Below the pieces are notes generated by a model. That model did not search any database and was not told the origin of the DNA. It was given only the letters and a program-made list of their open reading frames with translations. A stretch of DNA of 64,000 nt from an uncultured Bdellovibrionales bacterium. Its GTDB lineage: Bacteria > Patescibacteriota > Minisyncoccia > Moranbacterales > GWC2-37-73. The number at the start of each line of letters is the position of its first letter. Position 1 is the stretch's first letter. Positions 20,893-29,825 of the stretch are shown piece by piece. The translations under genes were made by a program, and so were the position numbers. The DNA lies in contig CAZAFB010000004.1 in assembly GCA_964484505.1 (NCBI GenBank), positions 23,265-87,264 on the forward strand, in the 5' to 3' direction.

Positions 20893-20949
20893 ATAACGTT
20901 TATAACGTTCGTAACGTTATAACGTTAAAAACGTTTAAGCGTTAAAACG
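20893..20949. repeat. Tandem AACGTT array
   Basis: Five AACGTT hexamers at 8-9 nt spacing plus degenerate copies. Confidence 0.8.
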
Positions 20950-20959
20950 AAAAAATACT

Positions 20960-21412
20960 ATGGTTTGTCCATTTTGCGGGCACGATGACACGAAAGTTGT
21001 CGACTCGCGTGATACGAATGACGGCCGGGCGATCCGGCGACGCAGAGAATGCGAACAATGCCAAGCACGTTTCTCAACGTACGAGGAGATGGAAATAATG
21101 AAGCTGACGGTGATTAAGCGCGACGGTTCCAAGCAGGAATATCGCAAAGAGAAAATAGAAAACGGTCTGCGTAAAGCTCTGGAAAAATGTCCAGTTAGTG
21201 AAGATAGAATCAGTAAAGCGCTCGGTGATATCGAATATGAAATCCAATCCAAGGATTCACCTGAAATCACCAGCAAGGAAATAGGTAAAATAGTTTTGGC
21301 GAAGCTGAAAGAATTGGACGACGTAGCGTATCTGCGATTTGCCAGCGTGTACAAGTCTTTCAAGAATGCCGAGAGTTTTGTGAAGGAGATGGAAAAGCTT
21401 GAATCATCGTGA
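20960..21412 (+). CDS. nrdR: Transcriptional repressor NrdR
   Basis: CPFC..KVVDSR..IRRRREC..C..RFSTYE, ATP cone, VAYLRFASVY. Confidence 0.97.
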   Translation: MVCPFCGHDDTKVVDSRDTNDGRAIRRRRECEQCQARFSTYEEMEIMKLTVIKRDGSKQEYRKEKIENGLRKALEKCPVSEDRISKALGDIEYEIQSKDSPEITSKEIGKIVLAKLKELDDVAYLRFASVYKSFKNAESFVKEMEKLESS

Positions 21413-21414
21413 TG

Positions 21415-21494
21415 GCGACTCGAATGATACGAATCTGCACTCGAATGACTCGAATGTCAAAGTAATCTATTCGCAAATGGGCATTTATTCGTAG
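21415..21494. repeat. Periodic CGAAT spacer element (degenerate 3' arm)
   Basis: Four CGAAT units followed by ATTCG units. Confidence 0.6.
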
Positions 21495-21541
21495 GTTAGA
21501 ATTATATTATTTATTAAATACTTTTGGGGGAAAACGAGAGT

Positions 21542-23806
21542 ATGAAAAAACAAAAAGGAAAATCAGCAAAGGCCGCAAAGAAGGTTGCAACCGTAACCAA
21601 GAAAACGGCAGTGAAGAAAGTAAATGTTATCAAGCAAGTTGTAAAGCGTAGTGGACGCACGGTGCCTTTTGATGCCAAAAAAATCACAGTTGCTGTTACC
21701 AAGGCATTGGCTTCTACGGGAGAAGGGACAAAAGCGGAAGCACAGAAAGTTACTGACAAGGTTGTTAAAATGCTCAACAAAAATCATGGCAAAGGATATG
21801 TGCCACAAATCGAGGAAATCCAAGACATGGTGGAGCGTGTGCTCATGGTGCTTGATTTCGAGGAAACTGCAAAAGCATATATTCTTTATCGTGAACAACA
21901 CCGAAAGATTCGTGAAACCGAAGAAGCATTGGATGAAGCAGTCTCTTTGGTTGATAAATATATCCAAGAGATTGATTGGAAAGTGAAGGAAAACGCAAAC
22001 ATGGCATATTCCTTGCAGGGACTCAACAATTACATTTCTTCGATCGTTAGCAGTAAATATTGGATGAATCGCGTGTATACCAAAGACATTCGCAGCGCAC
22101 ACGAAGAAGGTGATTTTCATATTCACGATTTGCAATTGGTGGCGGCGTATTGCTGCGGATGGGACTTGCAAGACCTACTTCGTCGCGGATTTACCGGTGT
22201 TCCAGGCAAAGTGGAATGCAAACCGGCTAAACATTTCGGCAGCGCTTTGGGTCAGATGGTGAATTTTATCTATACTCTGCAAGGTGAGGTTGCTGGTGCA
22301 CAAGCTTTCTCTAATTTCGATACGCTGCTTGCGCCGTTTGTCAGAAACGATAAACTTTCCTACGCACAAGTAAAGCAGGAGATCCAGTCTTTTGTGTTTA
22401 ACATGAACGTTTCCACGCGCGTGGGATTCCAGACGCCGTTTTCCAACATTACACTTGACATCGTTCCTCCTAAGACTTTAGCAAATGAGGCTGTGGTTAT
22501 CGGCGGTGTGCCCCAGAAAGAAACTTACGCGGAATTCCAAGATGAAATGAACATGATCAATCGTGCGTTTGCGGAAGTGATGAGTGAAGGAGATGCGAAT
22601 GGACGTATTTTTACCTTCCCGATCCCGACTTACAATATCGATAAAAATTTCAACTGGGAAGATGACCGCTTCGATGCAATTTGGGAAATGACCGCCAAAT
22701 ATGGCATTCCGTATTTTGCGAACTTTGTGAACTCCGATATGGATCCTGATGACGCACGTTCGATGTGTTGTCGCTTGCGTTTGGATAATCGCGAACTGCA
22801 TAAACGCGGCGGCGGTCTATTTGGAGCAAACCCGCTCACCGGTTCAATCGGCGTGGTAACGATCAATATGCCACGCGTGGGCTATTTGGCCAAAAACAAG
22901 AAAGATTTTTACAAACGCTTGAACGCACTGATGGATTTGGCGAAGCAAAGCTTGGAAACCAAACGCGAATTAGTGGAAGGGCTTACCGAAAAAGGACTTT
23001 ATCCATATACTAAATTCTATCTTGATTCGATCAAGGGGCGTCGCGGGCAATATTGGGCGAATCATTTTTCGACGATCGGTTTGGTGGGCATGAACGAAGC
23101 TTTGTTAAATCTGATTGGTAAAGATATTACGACCAAAGAAGGCCAGGAATTGGCTCAGGAAGTTTTGGAACATATGCGTGAATATATTACCAAATTCCAG
23201 GAGGAAACAGGTAATCTGTATAATCTCGAAGCGACACCTGCCGAAGGAACAGCCTATCGCCTGGCTCGCGCTGACCGCGAAAGATATCCGGATATTGTTT
23301 TTGCTAATAATGAAGCTGTTGTTAATGTTGGTGCGGAACCTTATTACACAAATTCCTCACAGCTCCCCGTGTCGTTTACGGAAGATATTTTCGAGGCCTT
23401 GGATTTGCAAGACGGTTTGCAGACTAAATATACCGGCGGTACGGTACTGCATGGATTTTTGGGAGAAAGACTTTGGGATATTGTCACGGTGAAGAATTTG
23501 GTGCGCCGCATTGCTGAAACCTATGAGTTGCCATATTTCACCCTAACTCCGACATTCTCGATTTGTCCGGTACATGGCTACATTGCCGGCGAACATCATC
23601 AATGTCCGAAATGTGTGATCGAGCAGCCAACGGAAGTATATTCTCGCGTGGTTGGCTACATCCGTCCTGTGCAGCAATGGAACAAAGGCAAGCGCACTGA
23701 ATTTGGCGACCGCAAGGAATTCGTAGTGGCAGGTGAAGTATGTGAACCTGTTAAGAAGGCTAAAGTTGCTAAGAAAAAAGCAAAGAAAAAGGCGAAGAAA
23801 AAGTAG
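21542..23806 (+). CDS. nrdD: Class III anaerobic ribonucleoside-triphosphate reductase
   Basis: ATP cone, HIHDL, YCCGW, SMCCRL finger loop, EATPAEG, CPVH..CPKC Zn site, glycyl-radical loop SRVVGYIRP. Confidence 0.95.
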   Translation: MKKQKGKSAKAAKKVATVTKKTAVKKVNVIKQVVKRSGRTVPFDAKKITVAVTKALASTGEGTKAEAQKVTDKVVKMLNKNHGKGYVPQIEEIQDMVERVLMVLDFEETAKAYILYREQHRKIRETEEALDEAVSLVDKYIQEIDWKVKENANMAYSLQGLNNYISSIVSSKYWMNRVYTKDIRSAHEEGDFHIHDLQLVAAYCCGWDLQDLLRRGFTGVPGKVECKPAKHFGSALGQMVNFIYTLQGEVAGAQAFSNFDTLLAPFVRNDKLSYAQVKQEIQSFVFNMNVSTRVGFQTPFSNITLDIVPPKTLANEAVVIGGVPQKETYAEFQDEMNMINRAFAEVMSEGDANGRIFTFPIPTYNIDKNFNWEDDRFDAIWEMTAKYGIPYFANFVNSDMDPDDARSMCCRLRLDNRELHKRGGGLFGANPLTGSIGVVTINMPRVGYLAKNKKDFYKRLNALMDLAKQSLETKRELVEGLTEKGLYPYTKFYLDSIKGRRGQYWANHFSTIGLVGMNEALLNLIGKDITTKEGQELAQEVLEHMREYITKFQEETGNLYNLEATPAEGTAYRLARADRERYPDIVFANNEAVVNVGAEPYYTNSSQLPVSFTEDIFEALDLQDGLQTKYTGGTVLHGFLGERLWDIVTVKNLVRRIAETYELPYFTLTPTFSICPVHGYIAGEHHQCPKCVIEQPTEVYSRVVGYIRPVQQWNKGKRTEFGDRKEFVVAGEVCEPVKKAKVAKKKAKKKAKKK

Positions 23807-23810
23807 CATT

Positions 23811-23879
23811 TGTCATGCTGAATTTATTTCAGCATCCCTAGGAGTACAGCGCAGATCCTGAAACAAGTTCAGGATGACA
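23811..23879. repeat. REP/MITE-like palindromic element
   Basis: TGTCATGCTGAATTTATTTCAGCATC...AGATCCTGAAACAAGTTCAGGATGACA: terminal inverted repeats, each arm itself a hairpin. Confidence 0.75.
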
Positions 23880-24004
23880 GCAATAAAACGTTTCTATCGA
23901 TAAGCTAGCGATCAATAGAAATAATTAGATATAAAATAAAAAGATAAATACAAAGGTTGCGAATTTTTTCGTACATTCGTAAAAATTCGTAATTCGTAGG
24001 GAAT

Positions 24005-24271
24005 ATGGAAAAATACATCTGCCATGATTGTGGCAAAACATTGGAAAACAATGAAGAATATATGCCCTATCAAGTAGGGGAAGAAATATATGTGAAATGT
24101 AAAGCATGTCACCAAGCCGATCCGGTGCTGCGCAATTTCCGCGCCACGGAAGTTTATTCTCGCGTGGTTGGCTATATCCGCCCGGTTAAACAATGGAACA
24201 AGGGAAAAAGGACTGAATTTGGAGATAGGAAAGAGTTTGTGGTTGAGAATGCTGGGTGTTGTGCAGCGTAG
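24005..24271 (+). CDS. Stand-alone NrdD-type Zn-ribbon plus glycyl-radical domain protein
   Basis: CHDC..CKAC, then 33 residues 32/33 identical to the NrdD C-terminus (TEVYSRVVGYIRPV.QWNKGKRTEFGDRKEFVV). Confidence 0.9.
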   Translation: MEKYICHDCGKTLENNEEYMPYQVGEEIYVKCKACHQADPVLRNFRATEVYSRVVGYIRPVKQWNKGKRTEFGDRKEFVVENAGCCAA

Positions 24272-24289
24272 ATTGGGTAGGAGACAGGA

Positions 24290-24322
24290 ATTATAGATTA
24301 TAGATTATAGATTATAGATTAT
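24290..24322. repeat. Heptamer tandem repeat (ATTATAG)x4 plus partial
   Basis: Read directly. Confidence 0.85.
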
Positions 24323-24493
24323 TGCGTGGTATTGGTAAAACCCAGCCTTCGCTCGCTTTGGGGCGAGCTACGGCGGGCGAGGAAAAAGATGGCGGGGCGA
24401 TATTTTCTCAGGGGAATATCGCCCTGTGTTTCCTTCGAGAGAAAATTGGGATTTGTTTAGAAATTAGATATTAGGAATTAGAAATTTACGCGT

Positions 24494-25195
24494 ATGCGTA
24501 TCGGTGGCTTCCAAAAACTCACATTGATAGATTACCCTGGCAAGATTGCGACGACGGTTTTTACGATTGGTTGCAGTTTTAAATGCCCGTTTTGTCATAA
24601 TCCGGAATTGGTTATCAAATCCGAGTTTTTGCCCTGGGAAGGCGTCGAAGAAGAATTTTTCCAGCATTTGGAAAAAAGAAAAGGGAAATTGGATGGCGTG
24701 TGTATTACTGGCGGCGAACCGACAATCCAGCCAGACATCATTGAATTTATCAAAAAGATAAAAGACATGGGTTATTTGGTGAAGCTTGATACGAATGGCA
24801 CGCAGCCGGATGTTTTGAAAAAGTTGTATGATTTGAAGCTTTTGGATTTTGTGGCGACGGACATCAAAAACGCGCCGGATAGATATGATGACACGGTCGG
24901 TCTCAAAGCAAACATAGAAAACGTGAAAAAAAGCGTGGCGATGATCATGAAAAGCGGCTTGCCCTATGAATTTCGCACCACCGTGGTTCCTGGTATCCAC
25001 ACGGAAAAAGATTTTGACGCGGTTGCTGACTGGATCGACGGTGCGGATGCCTATTATCTTCAAGAATATCGCAGCGGCAAAACGATTGATAAGAATATGG
25101 ACAAAATTACGAAAGGAAAAACAATCGATTTGGAAAAGATTGGCGAGAAAATCGGGAAGAGATTTAAAAAATTTGGGATAAGAAAAAATTTATAA
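24494..25195 (+). CDS. nrdG: Anaerobic RNR activating enzyme (radical SAM)
   Basis: GCSFKCPFCHNP, TGGEPT, KLDTNG, YEFRTTV; adjacent to nrdD. Confidence 0.93.
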   Translation: MRIGGFQKLTLIDYPGKIATTVFTIGCSFKCPFCHNPELVIKSEFLPWEGVEEEFFQHLEKRKGKLDGVCITGGEPTIQPDIIEFIKKIKDMGYLVKLDTNGTQPDVLKKLYDLKLLDFVATDIKNAPDRYDDTVGLKANIENVKKSVAMIMKSGLPYEFRTTVVPGIHTEKDFDAVADWIDGADAYYLQEYRSGKTIDKNMDKITKGKTIDLEKIGEKIGKRFKKFGIRKNL

Positions 25196-25400
25196 GAAAA
25201 TAGGAGTTACGCATTTGAATGAATTTCAGTAGATACTATTTTTTGCTTGTCTTTCCCTCTCGGGTCGGCCGACAGTGCGCAAAAAATAATATTTGCTGAA
25301 ATTTTTAAAAATTAAAACACGTAAGTCCAAAGAAATATATTTTTGTGGCATACGTAAAAATAAAGGCATAGGGTGAAAATAAATCGCTAAAAACCTTTAT

Positions 25401-25766
25401 ATGTGGGAAAAAATAAAGAAACATAGTGCAAAAATAATCAGCGCTTTTGTGAGTATTCTTTTGGTGATTGGCGGCGTTGCTGTTATAAAAAACAGAGAAG
25501 AAAGCAAAAATAACGCAGAAGAAAACCTGGCAGGCGAGGCAAATAGTGAAGAAAATCAGACAGCCCCAACTGAGGAAGCCGCTCAAGTAAGTCAGCCCCA
25601 GCAAGAAAACAGTGCAACTGCTGAGAATGATGTTACTTCAATAAAAAATACCGCTCCAACAGCAGCTCCAGCAACAACTGCGCCAACCGTGACCAAAAAC
25701 ACTTCCACTTCTTCCACTACAACCACAACAACCCCAAAGGCGAAGACTAAAACGAAGTCTTCTTGA
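25401..25766 (+). CDS. Small membrane-anchored protein with low-complexity Thr/Ser tail
   Basis: N-terminal TM segment, disordered linker, C-terminus TTTTTTPKAKTKTKSS; directly upstream of apbE. Confidence 0.75.
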   Translation: MWEKIKKHSAKIISAFVSILLVIGGVAVIKNREESKNNAEENLAGEANSEENQTAPTEEAAQVSQPQQENSATAENDVTSIKNTAPTAAPATTAPTVTKNTSTSSTTTTTTPKAKTKTKSS

Positions 25767-25788
25767 CAAAAGCTTCGTACAACCGCAT

Positions 25789-26730
25789 ATGAAAAATAAA
25801 ACTACCGAAGTGAAAGATTTCTTCCCTGCTTTAGGGACGGATATTGAAATTAGTATTATTTTAGGCGGCAAAACACAAGAAGATAAGGCTAGAGCAGATC
25901 TTAAAAGTGTGCGAGAAGAATATGCTCGCCTCGAAAAAATGCTGAGCCGATTTTCTCCCGATAGTGAGTTGTCACATCTTAACAGCAATCTTCATTTCTC
26001 CCATGAAGCGCCGCATGATATACTAGAAATATCGCGGCGTTGTTTGGATTATTATAAGAAAACAAAAGGCGTTTTTGACCCGCGTATCATCGACGATCTT
26101 GAAAGAATCGGCTATAGGGATGATTTTAAGAAAGGAAATTTAGCTGTTTCAAAACGCAAAAATGGCAAGGAAATATATGCGCGTCATTTGACTTCCGATA
26201 TTTCTTTGGACTTTGAGAAAAAACAAATCACGTTTCATGCCAGAATGGATTTTGGCGGCATCGCCAAAGGTTATATAACGGACAAAATTGCGAAATTCTT
26301 GCGTGAAAAAGGATGGCAGAATTTCTTTGTTAATTCTGGTGGAGATATTTATTTTTCCGGAAAGGACAAAAAAGAACCATGGTATTTCGGTGTTGAAGGA
26401 ATTGAAGATGAGCAAGTGTTGCTCATGGCGTCAAACTGCGGTGTGGCAACCTCGGGAATCGTCAGGAGAAAATGGGAAGTGGGAGACAAAAAATTCCATC
26501 ATTTGATAAATCCGCATAGTCCTGAAAGCTTTTCTTTTGATCTTAAGACGGTTACGGTGATTGCCGATACCACCGAAGAAGCGGATGTGTGGGCGAAAGT
26601 TTTATTTTTAATGGGCAAGTACGAAGGCATAAAACATGCCACGGATAAAAAACTGAAATGCATTCTTTTGGATTATCGTGGCAATGTGATAATTTCTCCA
26701 GAAATGAAGAGTCATATATATAGAAAATAA
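25789..26730 (+). CDS. apbE: FAD:protein FMN transferase
   Basis: ALGT, LSRFSPDSELS, FDP, DFGGIAKGY, NSGGDI, VATSG, HHLINP, ADVWAK. Confidence 0.92.
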   Translation: MKNKTTEVKDFFPALGTDIEISIILGGKTQEDKARADLKSVREEYARLEKMLSRFSPDSELSHLNSNLHFSHEAPHDILEISRRCLDYYKKTKGVFDPRIIDDLERIGYRDDFKKGNLAVSKRKNGKEIYARHLTSDISLDFEKKQITFHARMDFGGIAKGYITDKIAKFLREKGWQNFFVNSGGDIYFSGKDKKEPWYFGVEGIEDEQVLLMASNCGVATSGIVRRKWEVGDKKFHHLINPHSPESFSFDLKTVTVIADTTEEADVWAKVLFLMGKYEGIKHATDKKLKCILLDYRGNVIISPEMKSHIYRK

Positions 26731-26735
26731 AACTT

Positions 26736-27326
26736 ATGTTAGATTCATCACAAACTATCCCTTGGGCTTGGTATGTAACCCGTTCGAGCGGTTTGGTCGG
26801 CTTTTTGCTGCTTTATATTTCCGTTCTTTTGGGGCTTCTGATTCGCGTACCATATTTGCGAAAGCTTGTGCCGGGATGGTTTTCGTTGCAGATGCATTGT
26901 TGGCTATCTTTGCTGGCATTGATGTTTGCCTTGGTGCACGGCACAGCACTGCTTTTCGACAAGATGTTCGATTTCTCCTTTGGCGACATATTCATTCCTT
27001 TTTACACTTCATACGAAAAAGATCTCATGGCGCTTGGTATCATTGGGTTTTATCTGATGCTTTTGTTGGTCGCCACTTCGTATTTGAAAAATGGTATTTC
27101 TCAGAATTTTTGGCGGGCAGCGCACTTTTTGAATATTGGCATGTATTTTATTTTGATTATCCACGCGCTGTACTTGGGAACGGATATGAAGATTGCTTGG
27201 GTGAGGGATATTTTTTTAGGAATGCAAGGAGTTTTAATATTTTTCATAATCTTGCATATTTTTTCACGTATCATCTGTCGTCGAAAAACAGTTGCTAACT
27301 CAGAATGTGAAATTCCACAGCAATGA
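26736..27326 (+). CDS. Ferric reductase-like / MsrQ-like heme-binding membrane protein
   Basis: WYVTRSSGL start, two His pairs in TM helices (MHCW..VHG, AHF..IHAL), LGTD. Confidence 0.85.
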   Translation: MLDSSQTIPWAWYVTRSSGLVGFLLLYISVLLGLLIRVPYLRKLVPGWFSLQMHCWLSLLALMFALVHGTALLFDKMFDFSFGDIFIPFYTSYEKDLMALGIIGFYLMLLLVATSYLKNGISQNFWRAAHFLNIGMYFILIIHALYLGTDMKIAWVRDIFLGMQGVLIFFIILHIFSRIICRRKTVANSECEIPQQ

Positions 27327-27544
27327 AAAGAATATACGTCAAAGTCAGCCCAAAGTCATCACGCAACGAAGTTGTGCAGGTTTCGGATGGGGAATACAAG
27401 GTGAAACTCACGGCTGCGCCGGTTGATGGCAAAGCCAATGAAGCATTGATTGCAATTTTAGCCAAACATTTCAAGGTTGCTAAAATTTGCATCAAGATCG
27501 TTGGTGGCAAAACCGCAAAGACGAAGATTGTGGATATTGGATAA
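27323..27544 (+). CDS. DUF167 (YggU-like) protein
   Basis: VKVSPKS, APVDGKANEALI, GKTAKTK. Confidence 0.9.
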   Translation: MKRIYVKVSPKSSRNEVVQVSDGEYKVKLTAAPVDGKANEALIAILAKHFKVAKICIKIVGGKTAKTKIVDIG

Positions 27545-27717
27545 TGTTTTTTCAAAACGTCCTCAGGTTGCAGTTTATTTCTGAAAGACAATACAAGCTC
27601 CCTCATAGGTTCGGAACACTTGACAAATAGTGCCTTGTGGATTATTCTTGTTTATCGAGATATATTCTCGCGGCTATATGTAAATATGGCATAGCTATTT
27701 CAAAAAAGGAGTCGCCA

Positions 27718-28020
27718 ATGGAAAATCAAATTGAGTACAATGATTTTAAGGAAAGGTTCAAAAAAAGATTTTCTCGATATTCCTATCTGTGCAAGCTTCT
27801 TGATGAGGATAAAATGGAGGAATTTGAAAAGCAATTCAAGCATTTTTTCCTTACGAAGCTAGGATCATTTGCAAACATCATAGAGAACGTTACGGCACAT
27901 AAGGCAGACAAGGAAGATTTGAATTTTATTTCTTCCGACGCTGTTGCAGCAGCAGTGCTTTTCATGGAATGGTGTAAAATTTCTGGAAAAACATTAGAAC
28001 AGATATTTAGCACCCCCTAA
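27718..28020 (+). CDS. Hypothetical protein
   Basis: AAGGAG Shine-Dalgarno before the ATG at 27718; hairpin terminator follows at about 28024-28071. Confidence 0.6.
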   Translation: MENQIEYNDFKERFKKRFSRYSYLCKLLDEDKMEEFEKQFKHFFLTKLGSFANIIENVTAHKADKEDLNFISSDAVAAAVLFMEWCKISGKTLEQIFSTP

Positions 28021-28358
28021 ACAACCCGCCAGCAATAAACAGTAAGCTCACTGTATTGCCAGGTGGGTTTTCTGTTTTTATAGCAAAGTTTTAATATTGT
28101 CCAAGCTCATATTTTCTGTATTTATAAAAGAAGCTCAATCTTTCTCCATAGCTCGGAGTTTCTTTATGAAATGGTTTTTTGTTACTATGTGCTTGAAATA
28201 TAAGGGAAATGGGAATATTATTTAGACATATCAATGATATTTTGTTACTTAGCATGCTACGTAACAAAGTCGATATGTAGGCTGGTACGTTTTGGAAATT
28301 TAATGTTTCATCAGTTCCCAGTTTTTTGTGGTAAGTTGTTAGTTGTTTGTTAATCCGT

Positions 28359-29825
28359 ATGCATAAATCGCAAGTATTTTTCTTGTTGGTCTTGAGTTTT
28401 CTGGGGGGAGTTTTTGTGCGGTCATTTTTTGAGATTGGCTTGGTGACATATTTTTTGCTGATAATATTTGCGCTCATTATTCTCGCGGTATTCTATAAAA
28501 ACAGCAAAGCGGCTCTGGTCGCTTTTTTATTTTTGTCTTTTGCCTTCGGGCTTTGGCGCACTAGTATTTCTCTTGGAAATGTAGGGCAATATGACAAGCC
28601 CGGAATTATAAAAAATGTCGAGGCGGTGGTTGTTCAGGAGCCTGATGAGAAAGATACATACAAGAATGTAACTTTAGAATTTGAATATAATGGTGAATTA
28701 GCAAAAGCGTTGGCCATGGTTGATAGAAATTTTGATATTGTATACGGCGACAGGGTTAATGTTTCTTGCAATTTGGAAATTCCACAAAATAAAGATTCCA
28801 AGTTTGATTATCGAATGTATTTGGCTAAGGATGGCGTCGGTTATGTTTGCAAAAAAGCGCAAATCGAAAAAATATCCGGTGGCAGAAGCGGCGTGTATAA
28901 ATACCTGTTGTCGCTGAAAAGTGTTTTGCAAAAAAATATTTTTGAAGCGATGCCTGTGCCGGAATCAGCCTTGGCAAGCGGCATGTTGTTTGGTGGTACA
29001 AGCGGTCTTTCAGAAAAGGTGAAAAACAATTTTTCTAAAACAGGACTTACGCATATCGTAGCTGTTTCAGGTTTCAATGTGACGATCATTGCGGAATATC
29101 TTTTGACGCTGGGAATATTTTTGGGGCTGTGGCGAAAACAAGCACTTTGGGCTGCACTAATCGGCATACTTCTGTTTATTGCCATGATTGGTTTCCCTTC
29201 GTCGGCGGTGCGCGCCGGCATCATGGGCGGCATGCTGATTTGGGCGATGAAACATGGACGCATCGCCGAGAGTACAAATGCAATTTTGTTTTCGGCGGCA
29301 ATTATGTTGCTTCTCAATCCACTGCTGCTTCGCTATGATGTTGGTTTTCAACTTTCCTTTCTGGCAACGCTTGGTATTGTTATGCTTTCGCCGCTTTGGG
29401 AAAAAGGATTTGTGAAAAAACATAAAGCTCTCGGTATCACGGAAATGATCATGCTGACAATTAGCGCTTCAGTTTTCGTGCTGCCGATCATTATGTATAA
29501 TTTCGGCACCCTGTCGCTAATTTCCATTTTGGCGAATGTTGCAGTTTTGCCTTTTGTACCACTGGCGATGCTTTTGATCTTCATTGTTTCTTTAATGGGA
29601 GTATTGTCGCCATATTTGGCAATGCTGTTTGCTTGGTTGGTTTACATAATTAATCATTATATTATTACGATAGTAAGCATGTTGGCAGATCTCAGTTGGT
29701 CTTCCAAGAATGTTGCCATGTCTGTTTGGATGGTTCTAATATATTATATTATTCTCTTTGGTGTTTTGTGGTTATTAAAAAATGTTAAAATAAAAAAACA
29801 AAGCATTTTATCATCATATGTATAA
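28359..29825 (+). CDS. comEC: ComEC/Rec2 competence protein, OB and membrane domains
   Basis: FDYRMYL, GLTHIVAVSGFN, SAVRA, GFQLSFLAT. Confidence 0.93.
   Translation: MHKSQVFFLLVLSFLGGVFVRSFFEIGLVTYFLLIIFALIILAVFYKNSKAALVAFLFLSFAFGLWRTSISLGNVGQYDKPGIIKNVEAVVVQEPDEKDTYKNVTLEFEYNGELAKALAMVDRNFDIVYGDRVNVSCNLEIPQNKDSKFDYRMYLAKDGVGYVCKKAQIEKISGGRSGVYKYLLSLKSVLQKNIFEAMPVPESALASGMLFGGTSGLSEKVKNNFSKTGLTHIVAVSGFNVTIIAEYLLTLGIFLGLWRKQALWAALIGILLFIAMIGFPSSAVRAGIMGGMLIWAMKHGRIAESTNAILFSAAIMLLLNPLLLRYDVGFQLSFLATLGIVMLSPLWEKGFVKKHKALGITEMIMLTISASVFVLPIIMYNFGTLSLISILANVAVLPFVPLAMLLIFIVSLMGVLSPYLAMLFAWLVYIINHYIITIVSMLADLSWSSKNVAMSVWMVLIYYIILFGVLWLLKNVKIKKQSILSSYV

Noticed and set aside
24005-24271. nrdD pseudogene fragment or assembly duplication
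   Set aside because: Different N-terminal Zn-ribbon sequence and 17 synonymous versus 1 non-synonymous codon differences in the shared part
25268-25380. FMN riboswitch upstream of the apbE module (GCCGACAGT, AGTCC and AGGGTGAAA fragments)
   Set aside because: Fragments are in the wrong order and spacing; 25232-25294 is better explained as a simple palindrome
28091-28477. 128-aa minus-strand ORF
   Set aside because: Overlaps the comEC start, has no motif or RBS; at most a decayed remnant
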